In this document: piece after piece, positions 1-10,917 of the stretch
How positions within the stretch are numbered: position 1 is the first letter of the stretch
Layout: each line of letters opens with the position of its first letter
From: Amphiscolops sp. MND2022
Lineage: Eukaryota
Length of the DNA stretch: 64,000 nt
Direction: 5' to 3'
NCBI GenBank assembly: GCA_964187785.1
Contig: OZ076413.1
Span: 49,850,001 to 49,914,000, forward strand
Made by a program: the position numbers and the translations under genes
The notes under the pieces: generated by a model
The model's database searches: none
The model's input: only the letters and a program-made list of their open reading frames with translations
What the model was told of the DNA's origin: nothing

Positions 1-123
1 GTGTTCACAGGATATTTCTGATTTTTAGGATGTTTACGTTATAGGAACGTTTTCTTTTAGCCTTGGTTTTTCTTCTATGGGTTTTCCTTAGTTCTTCTTT
101 CCTTTTTAGATTGTCATTGATCG

Positions 124-3100
124 ATGCAAGAGGATTTCGATCTTCCCCCGCTCATTCCTGCTCCAGTTCCAGGGTTCCAAAGTGGTCATGATACCACTTA
201 TAATTGGTCCGAGGACGATATTATTGCCTCGGGTACGGAATGTAGACGGACAGAATCAGGTTGGTAAAAATCTTTCTGACTTCCATGGGTATTCGGACTA
301 TTGTTTTGGTGATCAGCCTTTTTAGTCTTACCCGTAACTCTGACGCGTCAAACCAGATCTTGATTTTTCAGTAACTCAACCTGTAGTAGTTGCCAGCAAT
401 GCCGGTGGTCTTCTGGATGCTCCTCCTTCTGCCCAAACCGTTCAACTACCGTCACTATCCTTCATTTTGCAGCCAGAGGCTTCTTCTTCCTGTACTGCAG
501 GGATTGTAGAGCTTGTTACCGGCGGGGTTGATACGGAGTTGCCTGTTGAGGGACCTTCTGTTGTCGAGTCCGGTGCCATAGCGGTTTCTCCTGAGCTTGA
601 GTGCTTCTCTGTTACTCAGTGTCAGCAACTCCCTTCAGATGAGTCTCATGAAAGTGAGACTGATCCCCCCTCAACAGAAAAAGGGACTGGTTAGTTCAGG
701 CCTTTTCTTTTTCATATCAGTTTGTTGCTTTCACTGTAAGCACAACGTGAATGTTCATGTTGTGGCTTCAAAGAAAAATATTCCTCGACGGACTGTTGTG
801 AATTTTGCACCGACACCCAAACGAGGCAAGAAAGTGTCGCTGCCTTCCTCTTCAGCGGCACCTATGGGAGGGTGGAGTAGTTAGTTTTTGTTTTCTTTGA
901 TCTCATTGGTCGTTTGTTTGTTCGTTGTTTTCTGGGTATGATCATCGTGTTATGTTTTGTCTTAGGTTTAGATGATCTACCAGGTGGCTCCGGAGGTATT
1001 TCGTTGAGTCCGCAGGATATGTTCCGACTGGGCCAGCAACTTGTGGACGAGATTGACAGTCGGGCTGCAAAGACTATTCAAAGCGGTATGTACTTGCATT
1101 GTATTTGGATCTTGTCGCTTTTTGGATTTGTCGCATTTTCTTTGTTTGTCCTCCGTTTGTTGTGCGTTGTGTTATTGAGCGTTGATCTTTAACTTTTGTC
1201 ACCATGGTGTAAAGTATGTTTTTATTTAGGTTTCGAAGAGTTGACTGAGAAGGTAGGCGGGAAGCTCAGTGGCCCTAAGACGAAAAAGTACAGCAGCCGA
1301 AACTATTTGCATAAGCGGATGCTGGGGCTGAATCCTCTGTTTCAAGATTTTGTCAGTGGCCCGAAGAATGGACGTGGAACTCATTTCTTTTGCAAAGTGT
1401 GCAAAAGAGATGTCGCCATGAAAGCTCATGGTTCTGGAGAGTTCGGGCGGCATTTTTATTCTCCTGGGCATTGGAACCGCGATGTGACGTACCGTGTACA
1501 CATGGGGCTCCCGATCTACAATCGTCTAATGGAGCCAATGACTTTGTCTGCCGCTCAACTTGCGGATTTCCGTTCACGCCCATTTGAAGATCTCGGTGAG
1601 GGTTTTCCATTCCCTGAGGATTTGGTGCCAAAGCGGGCGCGCATTGAATCGAAGGTGCCTTACATGACTCTGGTGGCTTCTCTCTGTGACTTTCTTGGCA
1701 GTGGTGGCGATTTCAATCTGGTACGCCGGTTGTGGGGTTACTTCCGTGCAACGTTGGGTGAACGGCAGCCAGATTTCTCGTTCGAGTGGAGTCGATCTGA
1801 GACTGTTGTTAGTATAGTTGTTGGTATGGATAGGTGTGTTATTTGACGTACTTGCAACTTTTGTCTGTTTTTGATAAGAATAGAGATATATATGCGTGTC
1901 TGGGGGTGTACATTTGTATGACTTTTTGGCACCATTTTTCTTTATCGGGGGAGGGGCCTGGGTTTGTTGTATCTTTCACCGGTGAGTATAGTCTGTATTT
2001 GTTTCAGTCTTTCCTTTGCCAAGGAGTTGCTCCGCGGGCCCTCCGTTTGGTAGTGAGCAAAGTGACTGGTGAGTCAGAGTATTCCCTTCAGTTCGAGAAA
2101 GACAGTCAAGTGGAGTATTGTTTCATCGTTTATTGGGACGAAGACAAGCTGAAGAAAATTTGTGTGGACATACAATCACTGGATGAGAAATTGCCTAACG
2201 CTGAATTGAAACCCATCGCACGTTTATTTTTCGGGTTGGAGTCGCGACGGTTGCCTATGGTGGTTCGTGGTGCCAGTCCGTCTTTAATGCGAGTGTTAGG
2301 CGACAGACGTGACGATTCTCGTCGTTTTGTTGTGTATCAGCGTTTTACAGAAGAGGTGTTCCTGGAATGCTTTCAGCGTGCTCACCAAGATGTTTTTGGC
2401 ATGGTAGAGGTTGTCACGTTGGTTGAGTTCATCGTTCAAAGGATGAAAAGCGCTGTGTATGAAGATTGGACTGAGGGTAAGCCCCTGCTCCGCAAGTGTA
2501 TCCGTAATGGATGCGTCAATTTTTGGGAACTTCGCGAGCTGTTGACGGACTTGACTGAGTTGTGGCATATAATACGACCGTATATCCGTTGTACTGGGCT
2601 ACCCTATGCCAAAGAGAAAGCAGATCGTGTTAGTACATTCCCTTGTGTTCTTTTGTTATATCATATCGAGTGGTGTTGATTCCTGTTGTTGTGTCTTTTA
2701 GATGCGCGGTACTGAATTGTACGTCGTTTCCGATAAGATGATGATTCATCGGTTCGGGCTGCTACGTTTGGTTCTCGATATGTGTAAGTAACACTTTGAT
2801 GGTTGTTTGAACGCGAATCGTGTTTGTGAGTTCGTCGATGATTGATTTCCGTTTGCTTCTTGTTTGATCTTTCTGTTCTTTGTTTGTGATTCTGAGATGT
2901 TTCTGAGTTTGATAACTGCTGGATCATTATTATTTTCGTTTAGTTTACGTGAACTTCGTGAAGGCGCAGCAGAGACGTTATGACTACGATTTTCATTGTT
3001 TTGGAGAAGTCTGCAACTTTGTGTATTGCTTGCTAATGAAGACTCGTGAAATCAATGCGTTGCCCAGTATCCATCAATGGGAAGAGTACATGAGTGTGGA

Positions 3101-4130
3101 GAGTGTGGAACGGTTTCCTTCCTTTTCTATAGATTGCTTCTTGAGCAGTTACGATTTGGGCAAAGATCTTGCGGCTGGGAAGACGAGCGAATCACGGGAG
3201 TTTCGGGTGAAGTGTAAGGAATTCTTGGATCAGCTTATTGTTATGGTCTTGCAGCACGGGAGCGTTACGTCCGGGGTTTCTCGGGGGCTGTCAAGTTTCT
3301 GCTCCGAAATCTTGTTTGAAGGTGACAATACCTGTGTTTTTACTTTGTTCGCTGATCTCTGCCGTTTGTACGTGGGTTGCGGAATGCTGCCTTTAGATGT
3401 GTCCAAAGCTGCTGTCGAAGAGTTCGCCAGTTATGTTGCTGAGAAACGGCGACAACACGTTGATAGTACCCGATCTGCTAGTGATATCACAAATATTATG
3501 GAGTTCTTATTGAATGATTTTGCGTTTCAAGCCCGTCATCGCGTATTCCGTGTATTCAAACTGTGCTGTTTGGTGATTGAGCTCCCTCGTAGTGATCTTC
3601 CTGCTGTTGAGTTTGATTTATCCGGTAGCGCTCTTAGCCGGATAGATTTTGATCGAAGTCTTCGTTTGGTTCAGTCATATGTACTAAGTTCTGGATATTC
3701 CCATAAGGCCTTCTTTACCAATCCTACGCTGGATGCAGTCCGAGATGCGATCGCAACGTCTGGGGTGTTTTTTGTGGCGCCAAATTATAATTTGTGGGCC
3801 GGTGTCTGTGATCCTGCTTATGAGAAATATATTGCTGATGTGGGTGTTGCATACAAGCAGTTCTTGGATGGGCGACGCAAAGCTGGCGAGAGTCATTATG
3901 TTGAGTGCAATCGTGCTAATCGTTTGTCTCAAGTTGATCGCGGATCATGTTCGTCAAGGGAGGGAAGTCTCGTGAGCAGTGGATCTAAGACGCAAAAAGG
4001 AGAAACACTGCCAGTGGCGATTGCGAAAAAGGTGTCGCCGACTACCAGTAAGAGTTCTGGAAAAGGCAATGTCCAGAAAGGGAAGAATAAAACGAAGAGT
4101 GATCCCAGTATATTCCATAAGATAAACTGA
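124..4130 (+). CDS. Multi-exon gene (~1010-1070 aa) antisense to gag-pol; BED-like zinc finger, possibly a degenerate hAT-transposase-like fold
   Basis: Phase-compatible GT-AG exons 124-259, 372-689, (uncertain exon ~721/741-879), 966-1085, 1230-1807, 2008-2628, 2702-2783, 2944-4130 give one open frame (1014 codons without the uncertain exon). Motif FCKVCKRDVAMKAHGSGEFGRHFYSPGH. Homologue at 59-60 kb. Confidence 0.75.
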
Positions 4131-4297
4131 TGTTGACGTTGTTTAGATTTTATTCGAGACTTTTGGTTTTACTGCATTTATACTTTGTAGCAGCCAGTTT
4201 TCTGTTATTTTTATGTTTCTGATGTAGTTGCTATTAGATATCGGAGGTGAATTGACGTAGCCATTCTGGTTCGGTTTGGTTCATCGATTGTTTTTAT

Positions 4298-7200
4298 TTA
4301 GTTTTGAATTTGGGAGCTTTCTTCCGTAGTGATAGCGTCTAGCATCCGAAAATCAGGATGTGCATTAGGTCTAGGATTAGGTCGTAGGTTATATCTTCCC
4401 GTTTTTCTAGGATTGTATCCGACAACTACAGGCGGCAATGTAGGCGGTATTGGGGGACTTTCTGTAGGCGGCGGGGTCATTATGAAAGGGTTATCACTGA
4501 CGTCTAAGTTGAATGACGTGTTATCTCCGGAGGATGTTTTATCCATCATTGTATTCTCATCTGCAGTTGTTGTAACTGTTTCATGGTCCGTTGTATCTCC
4601 GTCTTCAGTTTGTACTTCCGTGATAGTAGCTTCTTCATTGTCGTTTTCCGTTGGGGTTCCGAACAGAACTTCTCCGAATTCGGTTTCCCAAGCTTGCGCG
4701 TACCAATCATCGTGGGTTGTTTTAACCTCGGGATCTGGAAGCTGATCTTCCACTTTGACTGTTACGTCAGGTACTCGCTGATTGGGCGCGTATAGCCTTA
4801 GGCGAATTCTATGGAGGGTTTGCGTATATCTTGTTCCCGTCCGTCTTTCGACGTAATTGTTATTGGAAAGGACTTTGACCACTATATATGGTCCTGTCCA
4901 AATGTAATCTTTGAAAGCGAATTGCATTGACTGGTTATCAGCCTTCGGGTTCAGGACGTAGCAATAGTCATTGATTTTCAATGGCGTTGCTGTCGCTTTT
5001 TTATCATAATATCGCTTATACTTCAAATATGATTGCATGAGGTTGTCCTTGGCTGACTGGTGGATTTCAGCTATTTGCTTTTGTAATTCGTCCGTTAGGT
5101 CTTCGTTAGCGTCTTTTTTCCATTCTGGCTTGAGTCCCAGCTTGATATCCAGAATGTTGTACGGAATGCGTCCGTGAAATACGGTTGTTGGTTCGCATCC
5201 TAGGCTTTCGTGGTAACTAGTGTTGTAGTTCATTACTGCAATTTGTACGTATTTGTGCCACATTGAACGGCGTTCTCCCGTTGATATCTTGAGGGAAGTC
5301 TTTAGAGATGCATGCGTTCTTTCGAGTATGCCGATTGTTTGTGCATGCTTTGTTGACGAGTGGCTAATCCGTATGTCCAGTGTTTGTGCTATTTGGTTCA
5401 CGACATCTGATCGGAATTGTGATCCTTTATCAGTCAGAATCACTGTAGGCAGATAACAGTGACGTGTCATAACGTCAATTATGCATCGTCCGACTGTTCT
5501 GGCAGTCATGTCTTGAGTGGGGTATGCGAACAAATAACGGGAGAAAACGTCCATCATGGTTATGATGTGTTTGTAGCCGTTTGATGAGGGTAGATTGGGT
5601 AGAATATCGACTTCTAGACAATCTTCTGGTCCGAATGTGAATTCTGTATTACTCAGCATTTTAGGACGTATTTGGCGTGTGTCGATTCGTTTGTTGGCTA
5701 TGCAATCTGGGCAGTTGATTACCCAGGCTCTAATTTTCCGCGCTAGTCCCGGATAGTAGTACTTTGCTCGGCTTTCCTGAATCATTTTGGTTATTCCTGG
5801 GTGTTTGTTCATTTTTCCATGTAGCATCGATAGGAGTTCTGGTACTATATGCTTCGGTATGAGGATTTGGTGATGTGTTACTGTGCCATCTTCTCCGTAG
5901 TATTTACGCATGAGTACTCCGTCTTTGACTATTATTCTTTCTTCGTGACGTAGTAGGTTTCGTCCTCTGGGTTCGGTCTTGAGAAGGTGTTTGTCGTATT
6001 CTTCGTGAAGCAGCCGTAGTTTCAATGCTTTCAATATCGGGTCCGCGTCCTGTTCGTTGCGGATGCGGGCGTTTTCCTTGATGGCTCCAAAGGCGTATAC
6101 TGCTGAGTTGAGAGGTATGTGCACTGTTTCTGTGACTTCCGTTGTCAAGTTTTGTTGTTCGTTTTCGTCTATTGCTCGTTGTTTGCTAAGGGCTTTCCTG
6201 GCGAAAATTTCTTGTTCTGATTCCTCTTCTTCGTCTGGCAGGAAAAAGAGTTGTTCTTCGTCCGCAACATCTGTAGACTGTAGGTTAACCTCGATAGGTG
6301 CCGTTATGATGTCGTCTCGCAATTTGAGTTGGATTCTCTCTTTTGGAGTTAATTCGAGGCGAGACAGGAAGTCGGCTGCTGTATTTTGCGAGCCAGCTAC
6401 GTGCATGATGCGGAATTTGAACTGGAGTACGTAGTCACAGGCATTCCAGAGAGCGGGTGGCGTTGTTTTCGTCTGGAAAAATCTCGTTACTGATCTGTTG
6501 TCTGTCAGTACTAGTGTAGGTAGTGTTGTTTCCCAGAGAATGTGACTATATTCAAGGAATGCATGATATATTGCGAGGAATTCTTTACAGTATATCGACA
6601 TCTTCAGTTGTGACGGCGAGAATACGCGGGAACCAAAAGCGACCGGTGCGAAAGTTTTCCGTTTGGAGAGTAGCTTTTTATCGTCGTTTTCTTCTATCAT
6701 TAGGGCGTAACCTGATGCCCGGAAGCTTGCGTCCGTCATTAGTACGTATTGTTTTCCCGCAACTGGTTGTCTGAGGGCTAGCCCACATGCTTCCGCTAGG
6801 CTTGCGTTGATGGCTTTGAAGTTGTCGACTAATTCTTCTGATATGGTGATTTTGGCATCTGCTTTTAGGAGTTCGTACATTCCAATCATTTTTTCGGAGA
6901 GTCTTGGTATGTAGTTTCTGTAGTAGTTGATGAATCCAATGTATTTCTGGACTTGTTTCTTTGACCGGGGAAATCTGATTTTTGACAAGAAACTGGTAAT
7001 TTTGTGGTCTTGCGGTGCTACTCCGTGGGGTGTGATGGTTCTTCCTAGGAATTCGATTTGGGTGACACCAAAGTGGCATTTTTCAATTGTGAGTTTTAGT
7101 CCTGCCTTGCGGATGCATTTGAAGACTGCTCTGATGTTCTTAATGAGTTGTTCCGTTGTGTTGGCGGCGATTCCAATGTCGTCCACATATTGGGCACACT

Positions 7201-9514
7201 GGTCTGCTTTGATGACGGTGTCGAGGTATTCCCGCATGAAGCTCGAAAAGGCTGACAAGGCTCTACTAAGGCCTTGGGCTAGCCTACGATAGGCAAACGT
7301 TCTACTAGCAAAATTAAATGCAAGGAGTTCTACTGACCTTTGATCTGCCATTTGGAGGCAGTGATAGGCTTGTGAGCAATCTAGTTTGCAGAACAGCTGC
7401 TTCCCCGCTAGGTGTTGTGCGGCATCTGAGAGGGTGCTGATGGGGTGGTTGTTGTTTATGTAGTCATCTGAGATGAGGGCGTTGATCTTCCGTAAGTCTA
7501 CTAGGAGCCGTAGTTTTCCGTTGGGTTTGCGTTGCGCGAAGATGGGGCTGGCATATTTCGAGAATGGGAGGGTTGTGATGATCCCGTATTTGTGCATCAG
7601 TGCCAATTCTACTGTGAGGTCGTCTTTGAGGTTGATGGGTACGGGGAGACTCTGTGTATATACCGGTTTGTCGTTTTTGGGAGTTAGGCATACCTTGAAC
7701 TGGTTGTTCATTCCGATGTCCAGTCGGTGACGTGCAAAAATGTCATTGAATTCGACTAGGGTGGACTCTAGGTTTTCACGGTCTTCTCCCGTTATTAGTG
7801 AATCATTCCATTTGAATAGCGAGAGGAATTGTGTTCTAGATTTTTTGTCTTGTTTGGGGTCCAGTTCTTCTAGTCTTTGTAGTTCGCGTAGTTCTCGTAG
7901 AATGCGTTGTTGGATGGGTGTGTGTTCCGATTCATCTCCGGGATTTTCGGGAGTTGGGAACCAGAATTTCTCTTCTGTTTGTTCTGACGAATCAACTTGC
8001 ATCAGTGCATTAACGTACGCAACAACATCGTCGTGTTCGGTGAGTAGATTGAGGGCTGCTATGTCTACTGCTCGTATCAATTTCGTTTCTTCGGGTTTCA
8101 GTATTTGTAATTCTGCTAGTTTCGTATGTGGCGTTACTGTATAGGGGAAGTCTGTGGTGTACGCTATTTTAATCGCGACTCGTTTGTCTCGGGCTGTTGT
8201 TATTGCTGGGGCTACTATGAGTTTTGCATTTTCGTCGAACTGTGGTAAAGGTTGGACTGTCCCAGTTATTGAGTGGTCATTGCTTGTGGTGATGGAAGCG
8301 TGGATGATCCGCGTGGCTTGGGCTGGTATGGTGTGTTTTTCTTCCGTTTTGATAGTGATGGGTTTGGGGTTGCACTTTTGTCTTTCATCTTTTAGGGCTA
8401 GAGTGATTTGTATTTTAGGAAAGTCTATTGTTCCTTGTGGAGTATCTAGGATTGCGGAATGTTTTCGGAGGAATGCCAGGCCAATGATTGGGTAAGATGT
8501 TTTGGTCATGATGATGAAAGTCTCCTCGAACGCGTAATCCCCGATTTTGAATTGCATTGTGTATGTTGCACGGGCTTTTTCGAGTTCTGTGTTGGCATAT
8601 TGTATCTTGAAAGGGGGTGGAGGTGCTTTCGCGATTATGGTTGCGTTGGCTTCAGTTTGTATCTTGTCTGCATCTCTTTCACTGATGACGTTGATGTAGG
8701 CTCCCGAGTCGACTAATGCATCAATTCTAGTGTTTTCAAAGTCGAGAGGAATAAAGAGCATTCTTTTCTTCTTTTTGAGGGTAATTGCCGACATTAACGG
8801 AATGTAGTCGTCGTCTTTATCATGTTGTATGAATTCCTTTATGATGTTGAGATCGTATGGCAGTTGTTGTGGGCATTCCGTTACTTCGTCGTCTTCATGA
8901 TTGTTGTTCTGAGTTGGCAATTCGGATGCTGTTGTTGGGGGTGATACTGTTTGATCGGCTACTCCGCGTTGTTCTTTTGCTTGTTGTGACCATATTGTTT
9001 TATCCTCAATGCAGATAATATTCTCTGCATCTATTGGTGTGGACGTGGTGGTGACGGGTGTTGGCGAGGACTGTGTTGTCTTTTTTAGGATTGGTGACAA
9101 AGGTGTTGGTAGGGTTGTACTCTCGGTGACTTGAGCTTGAGGATTTGAAACTTGGATCTTAAAAGAGAGCTTGTTTGTGTCATAGATGGCTGGTTCATCC
9201 CAGGGATCACATCTATAGTCTTTATCATATATGTAAATGCGTTCGGTCTTTGATTCTGGTAAGGGTCTTTTTAGTGTCGCGTAGTTATCGGGCGATTCTG
9301 TTATCCATTGGGGTAGTGGTGTTGGGTCTTCTGGGTGTCGTGCATTGTGTCTAAGTATCATGCCTACGTTCCAACGACGTTGCCAGTCCTGTGTCGGTTC
9401 TTCGTTGCATTCCGTCATGAAGTCTTCTTCGTAGCGATTTGGGGGGTCTTCTATTGTGTACGCCCTCGCGTCTACCGTTTCCCCGAAGCGGAGGCGCGGC
9501 GTTTTTAGTTTTTT
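4298..9514 (-). CDS. pol: Ty3/gypsy Pol polyprotein (protease, RT, RNase H, integrase), expressed by -1 frameshift from gag
   Basis: ALVDSGA (aspartic protease), QYVDD (RT), LMTDAS (RNase H), H..HPG..CPDC zinc-binding, EVDIL/TDKGSQF/ILERTH (DDE), WTGPY. The frame stays open upstream of the ATG at 9418 up to the slippery site. Confidence 0.97.
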   Translation of the reverse strand, partial: KKLKTPRLRFGETVDARAYTIEDPPNRYEEDFMTECNEEPTQDWQRRWNVGMILRHNARHPEDPTPLPQWITESPDNYATLKRPLPESKTERIYIYDKDYRCDPWDEPAIYDTNKLSFKIQVSNPQAQVTESTTLPTPLSPILKKTTQSSPTPVTTTSTPIDAENIICIEDKTIWSQQAKEQRGVADQTVSPPTTASELPTQNNNHEDDEVTECPQQLPYDLNIIKEFIQHDKDDDYIPLMSAITLKKKKRMLFIPLDFENTRIDALVDSGAYINVISERDADKIQTEANATIIAKAPPPPFKIQYANTELEKARATYTMQFKIGDYAFEETFIIMTKTSYPIIGLAFLRKHSAILDTPQGTIDFPKIQITLALKDERQKCNPKPITIKTEEKHTIPAQATRIIHASITTSNDHSITGTVQPLPQFDENAKLIVAPAITTARDKRVAIKIAYTTDFPYTVTPHTKLAELQILKPEETKLIRAVDIAALNLLTEHDDVVAYVNALMQVDSSEQTEEKFWFPTPENPGDESEHTPIQQRILRELRELQRLEELDPKQDKKSRTQFLSLFKWNDSLITGEDRENLESTLVEFNDIFARHRLDIGMNNQFKVCLTPKNDKPVYTQSLPVPINLKDDLTVELALMHKYGIITTLPFSKYASPIFAQRKPNGKLRLLVDLRKINALISDDYINNNHPISTLSDAAQHLAGKQLFCKLDCSQAYHCLQMADQRSVELLAFNFASRTFAYRRLAQGLSRALSAFSSFMREYLDTVIKADQCAQYVDDIGIAANTTEQLIKNIRAVFKCIRKAGLKLTIEKCHFGVTQIEFLGRTITPHGVAPQDHKITSFLSKIRFPRSKKQVQKYIGFINYYRNYIPRLSEKMIGMYELLKADAKITISEELVDNFKAINASLAEACGLALRQPVAGKQYVLMTDASFRASGYALMIEENDDKKLLSKRKTFAPVAFGSRVFSPSQLKMSIYCKEFLAIYHAFLEYSHILWETTLPTLVLTDNRSVTRFFQTKTTPPALWNACDYVLQFKFRIMHVAGSQNTAADFLSRLELTPKERIQLKLRDDIITAPIEVNLQSTDVADEEQLFFLPDEEEESEQEIFARKALSKQRAIDENEQQNLTTEVTETVHIPLNSAVYAFGAIKENARIRNEQDADPILKALKLRLLHEEYDKHLLKTEPRGRNLLRHEERIIVKDGVLMRKYYGEDGTVTHHQILIPKHIVPELLSMLHGKMNKHPGITKMIQESRAKYYYPGLARKIRAWVINCPDCIANKRIDTRQIRPKMLSNTEFTFGPEDCLEVDILPNLPSSNGYKHIITMMDVFSRYLFAYPTQDMTARTVGRCIIDVMTRHCYLPTVILTDKGSQFRSDVVNQIAQTLDIRISHSSTKHAQTIGILERTHASLKTSLKISTGERRSMWHKYVQIAVMNYNTSYHESLGCEPTTVFHGRIPYNILDIKLGLKPEWKKDANEDLTDELQKQIAEIHQSAKDNLMQSYLKYKRYYDKKATATPLKINDYCYVLNPKADNQSMQFAFKDYIWTGPYIVVKVLSNNNYVERRTGTRYTQTLHRIRLRLYAPNQRVPDVTVKVEDQLPDPEVKTTHDDWYAQAWETEFGEVLFGTPTENDNEEATITEVQTEDGDTTDHETVTTTADENTMMDKTSSGDNTSFNLDVSDNPFIMTPPPTESPPIPPTLPPVVVGYNPRKTGRYNLRPNPRPNAHPDFRMLDAITTEESSQIQN
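9460..9514 (-). promoter_or_regulatory. Programmed -1 ribosomal frameshift signal
   Basis: Heptamer A AAA AAC (9514-9508) in the gag frame immediately before the gag TAA. It is followed after 5 nt by a GC-rich stem closed by ACGCC..GGCGT. Pol is in the -1 frame. Confidence 0.85.
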
Positions 9515-10917
9515 GACTGGATTTCAACAGTGGGGATTGGTTGTTCACTGATTTGGCTGGTAGGGATTGTGAATTCATGACGTTTCTTCCTGGGGTCATT
9601 CGCCGCGTTAGCTCCGTACCAGCAGTTCTCGGTTTTGTGGAGCTTTCCGCAAGTGTCACACTTTGGTTTGGGTGGTTCAATGGTGTTGGGGGCACCGTTC
9701 CGTGCTTTAGTTTCGTAGTAACGATCTTTTCGTAATTTGCGGCATTGTGCTTTATAATGCCCCTGTTTGCCACAGTGGAAGCAACTTCCTCGATGGGTGA
9801 GTTCCTTTTTTGGTTCCGGTGGGACGACGTCGACCGTATTTAGTGGTACTAGTGTGGTTTCGTCTGGGGCTCCCAGGCCATTAAGGCGCATCTCTCGTTC
9901 GAGATGTAGGACGATATCATTATAGGGTTTGTCCTCGAGGTAGGCTCGGTTAAGAATCTTTTTGACGTGGTCTGGCATTTTGGCGTATATGGCCTTGTCT
10001 ATAAATTTTTGTACTTCAGAGCCGAACGCTTCTTCAGCCGTTTTTTGCAGTGTATCCAAAAATTCATGTAATTTTTGTTTGGTTGGGTCAAAATGTAGCG
10101 AGTCCCATTCGCATCTCGCTTTGGCAGAAGATTGAAAGTCTCCGAAGCGCCGTTTAAACGCCGTAATTACCTCCTCTAAGTTATCTTTTTTGGCATCGTC
10201 TAAGTTGCAATATGCTTGTAGTGCATTGCCTCGTAGTAGCGAGTGGAAGTAGTTGATTTTTTGGATTTCTGTTAGATGTGGGTACATTTTTATGTTGTTC
10301 CGGAATAAGTCCTCGAAAAGTTCGAATTTTTCTGACTTACCATCGAATACAGGCAATGATGCAGTGAGTGCTTTGGGCATTGAGGGTAGGTGGGGCGGCT
10401 GGTGTATTTCCGGTTGGGGAGCGAAGAGTAGTCGTGATGTCGAAGGCCGTTCGTTGGGTGGCAAACTTTGTGGGCGGTGCGGTCGTGTTTTCTTCTTTCC
10501 GAGGTTCGTTGAGTCATTGAGGACTCCTGTCACCATGTTACGACTATTTATCGGGGTGATTTTTCGATTAGTCGCAGTGGTTTTATTTTTGATTGGTGTC
10601 GAAGTTGCATTTTCCGGGAGATTTTCGAATTCGGAATCTGTTTCTTCAGTAGTAGCTATGACAGTTTGTTTTTTAACAGGAGCAGCTACTAGTTTTAGCA
10701 TCTCCTTTTGATTTTCAGCTAAGATTTTAGTAAGATCAGACATGATCTCTTTTCTCAGTGAAGACTTGATTTCCTCTAGATTTTCAGTGACTACTCTAGG
10801 AGATTTACTCGTCCCCGCTACGGGATTTAAGTTTTGGTTAGTCTCAGGTTTTGGGGTCTCCATTTCAGTAGAAACTAGTTCTTCAATAGCTTTTCTCTTC
10901 TGGCTTCTAGTAGTCAT
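9505..10917 (-). CDS. gag: Gag polyprotein
   Basis: 470 aa; LPVFDG capsid-like start, CFHCGKQGHYKAQC zinc knuckle and a second CDTCGKLHKTENC knuckle; lies directly upstream of pol. Confidence 0.93.
   Translation of the reverse strand: MTTRSQKRKAIEELVSTEMETPKPETNQNLNPVAGTSKSPRVVTENLEEIKSSLRKEIMSDLTKILAENQKEMLKLVAAPVKKQTVIATTEETDSEFENLPENATSTPIKNKTTATNRKITPINSRNMVTGVLNDSTNLGKKKTRPHRPQSLPPNERPSTSRLLFAPQPEIHQPPHLPSMPKALTASLPVFDGKSEKFELFEDLFRNNIKMYPHLTEIQKINYFHSLLRGNALQAYCNLDDAKKDNLEEVITAFKRRFGDFQSSAKARCEWDSLHFDPTKQKLHEFLDTLQKTAEEAFGSEVQKFIDKAIYAKMPDHVKKILNRAYLEDKPYNDIVLHLEREMRLNGLGAPDETTLVPLNTVDVVPPEPKKELTHRGSCFHCGKQGHYKAQCRKLRKDRYYETKARNGAPNTIEPPKPKCDTCGKLHKTENCWYGANAANDPRKKRHEFTIPTSQISEQPIPTVEIQSKN

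Noticed and set aside
124..4130. env gene of an errantivirus-like element
   Set aside because: Wrong strand, intron-containing, and no signal peptide or TM anchor in the spliced product.
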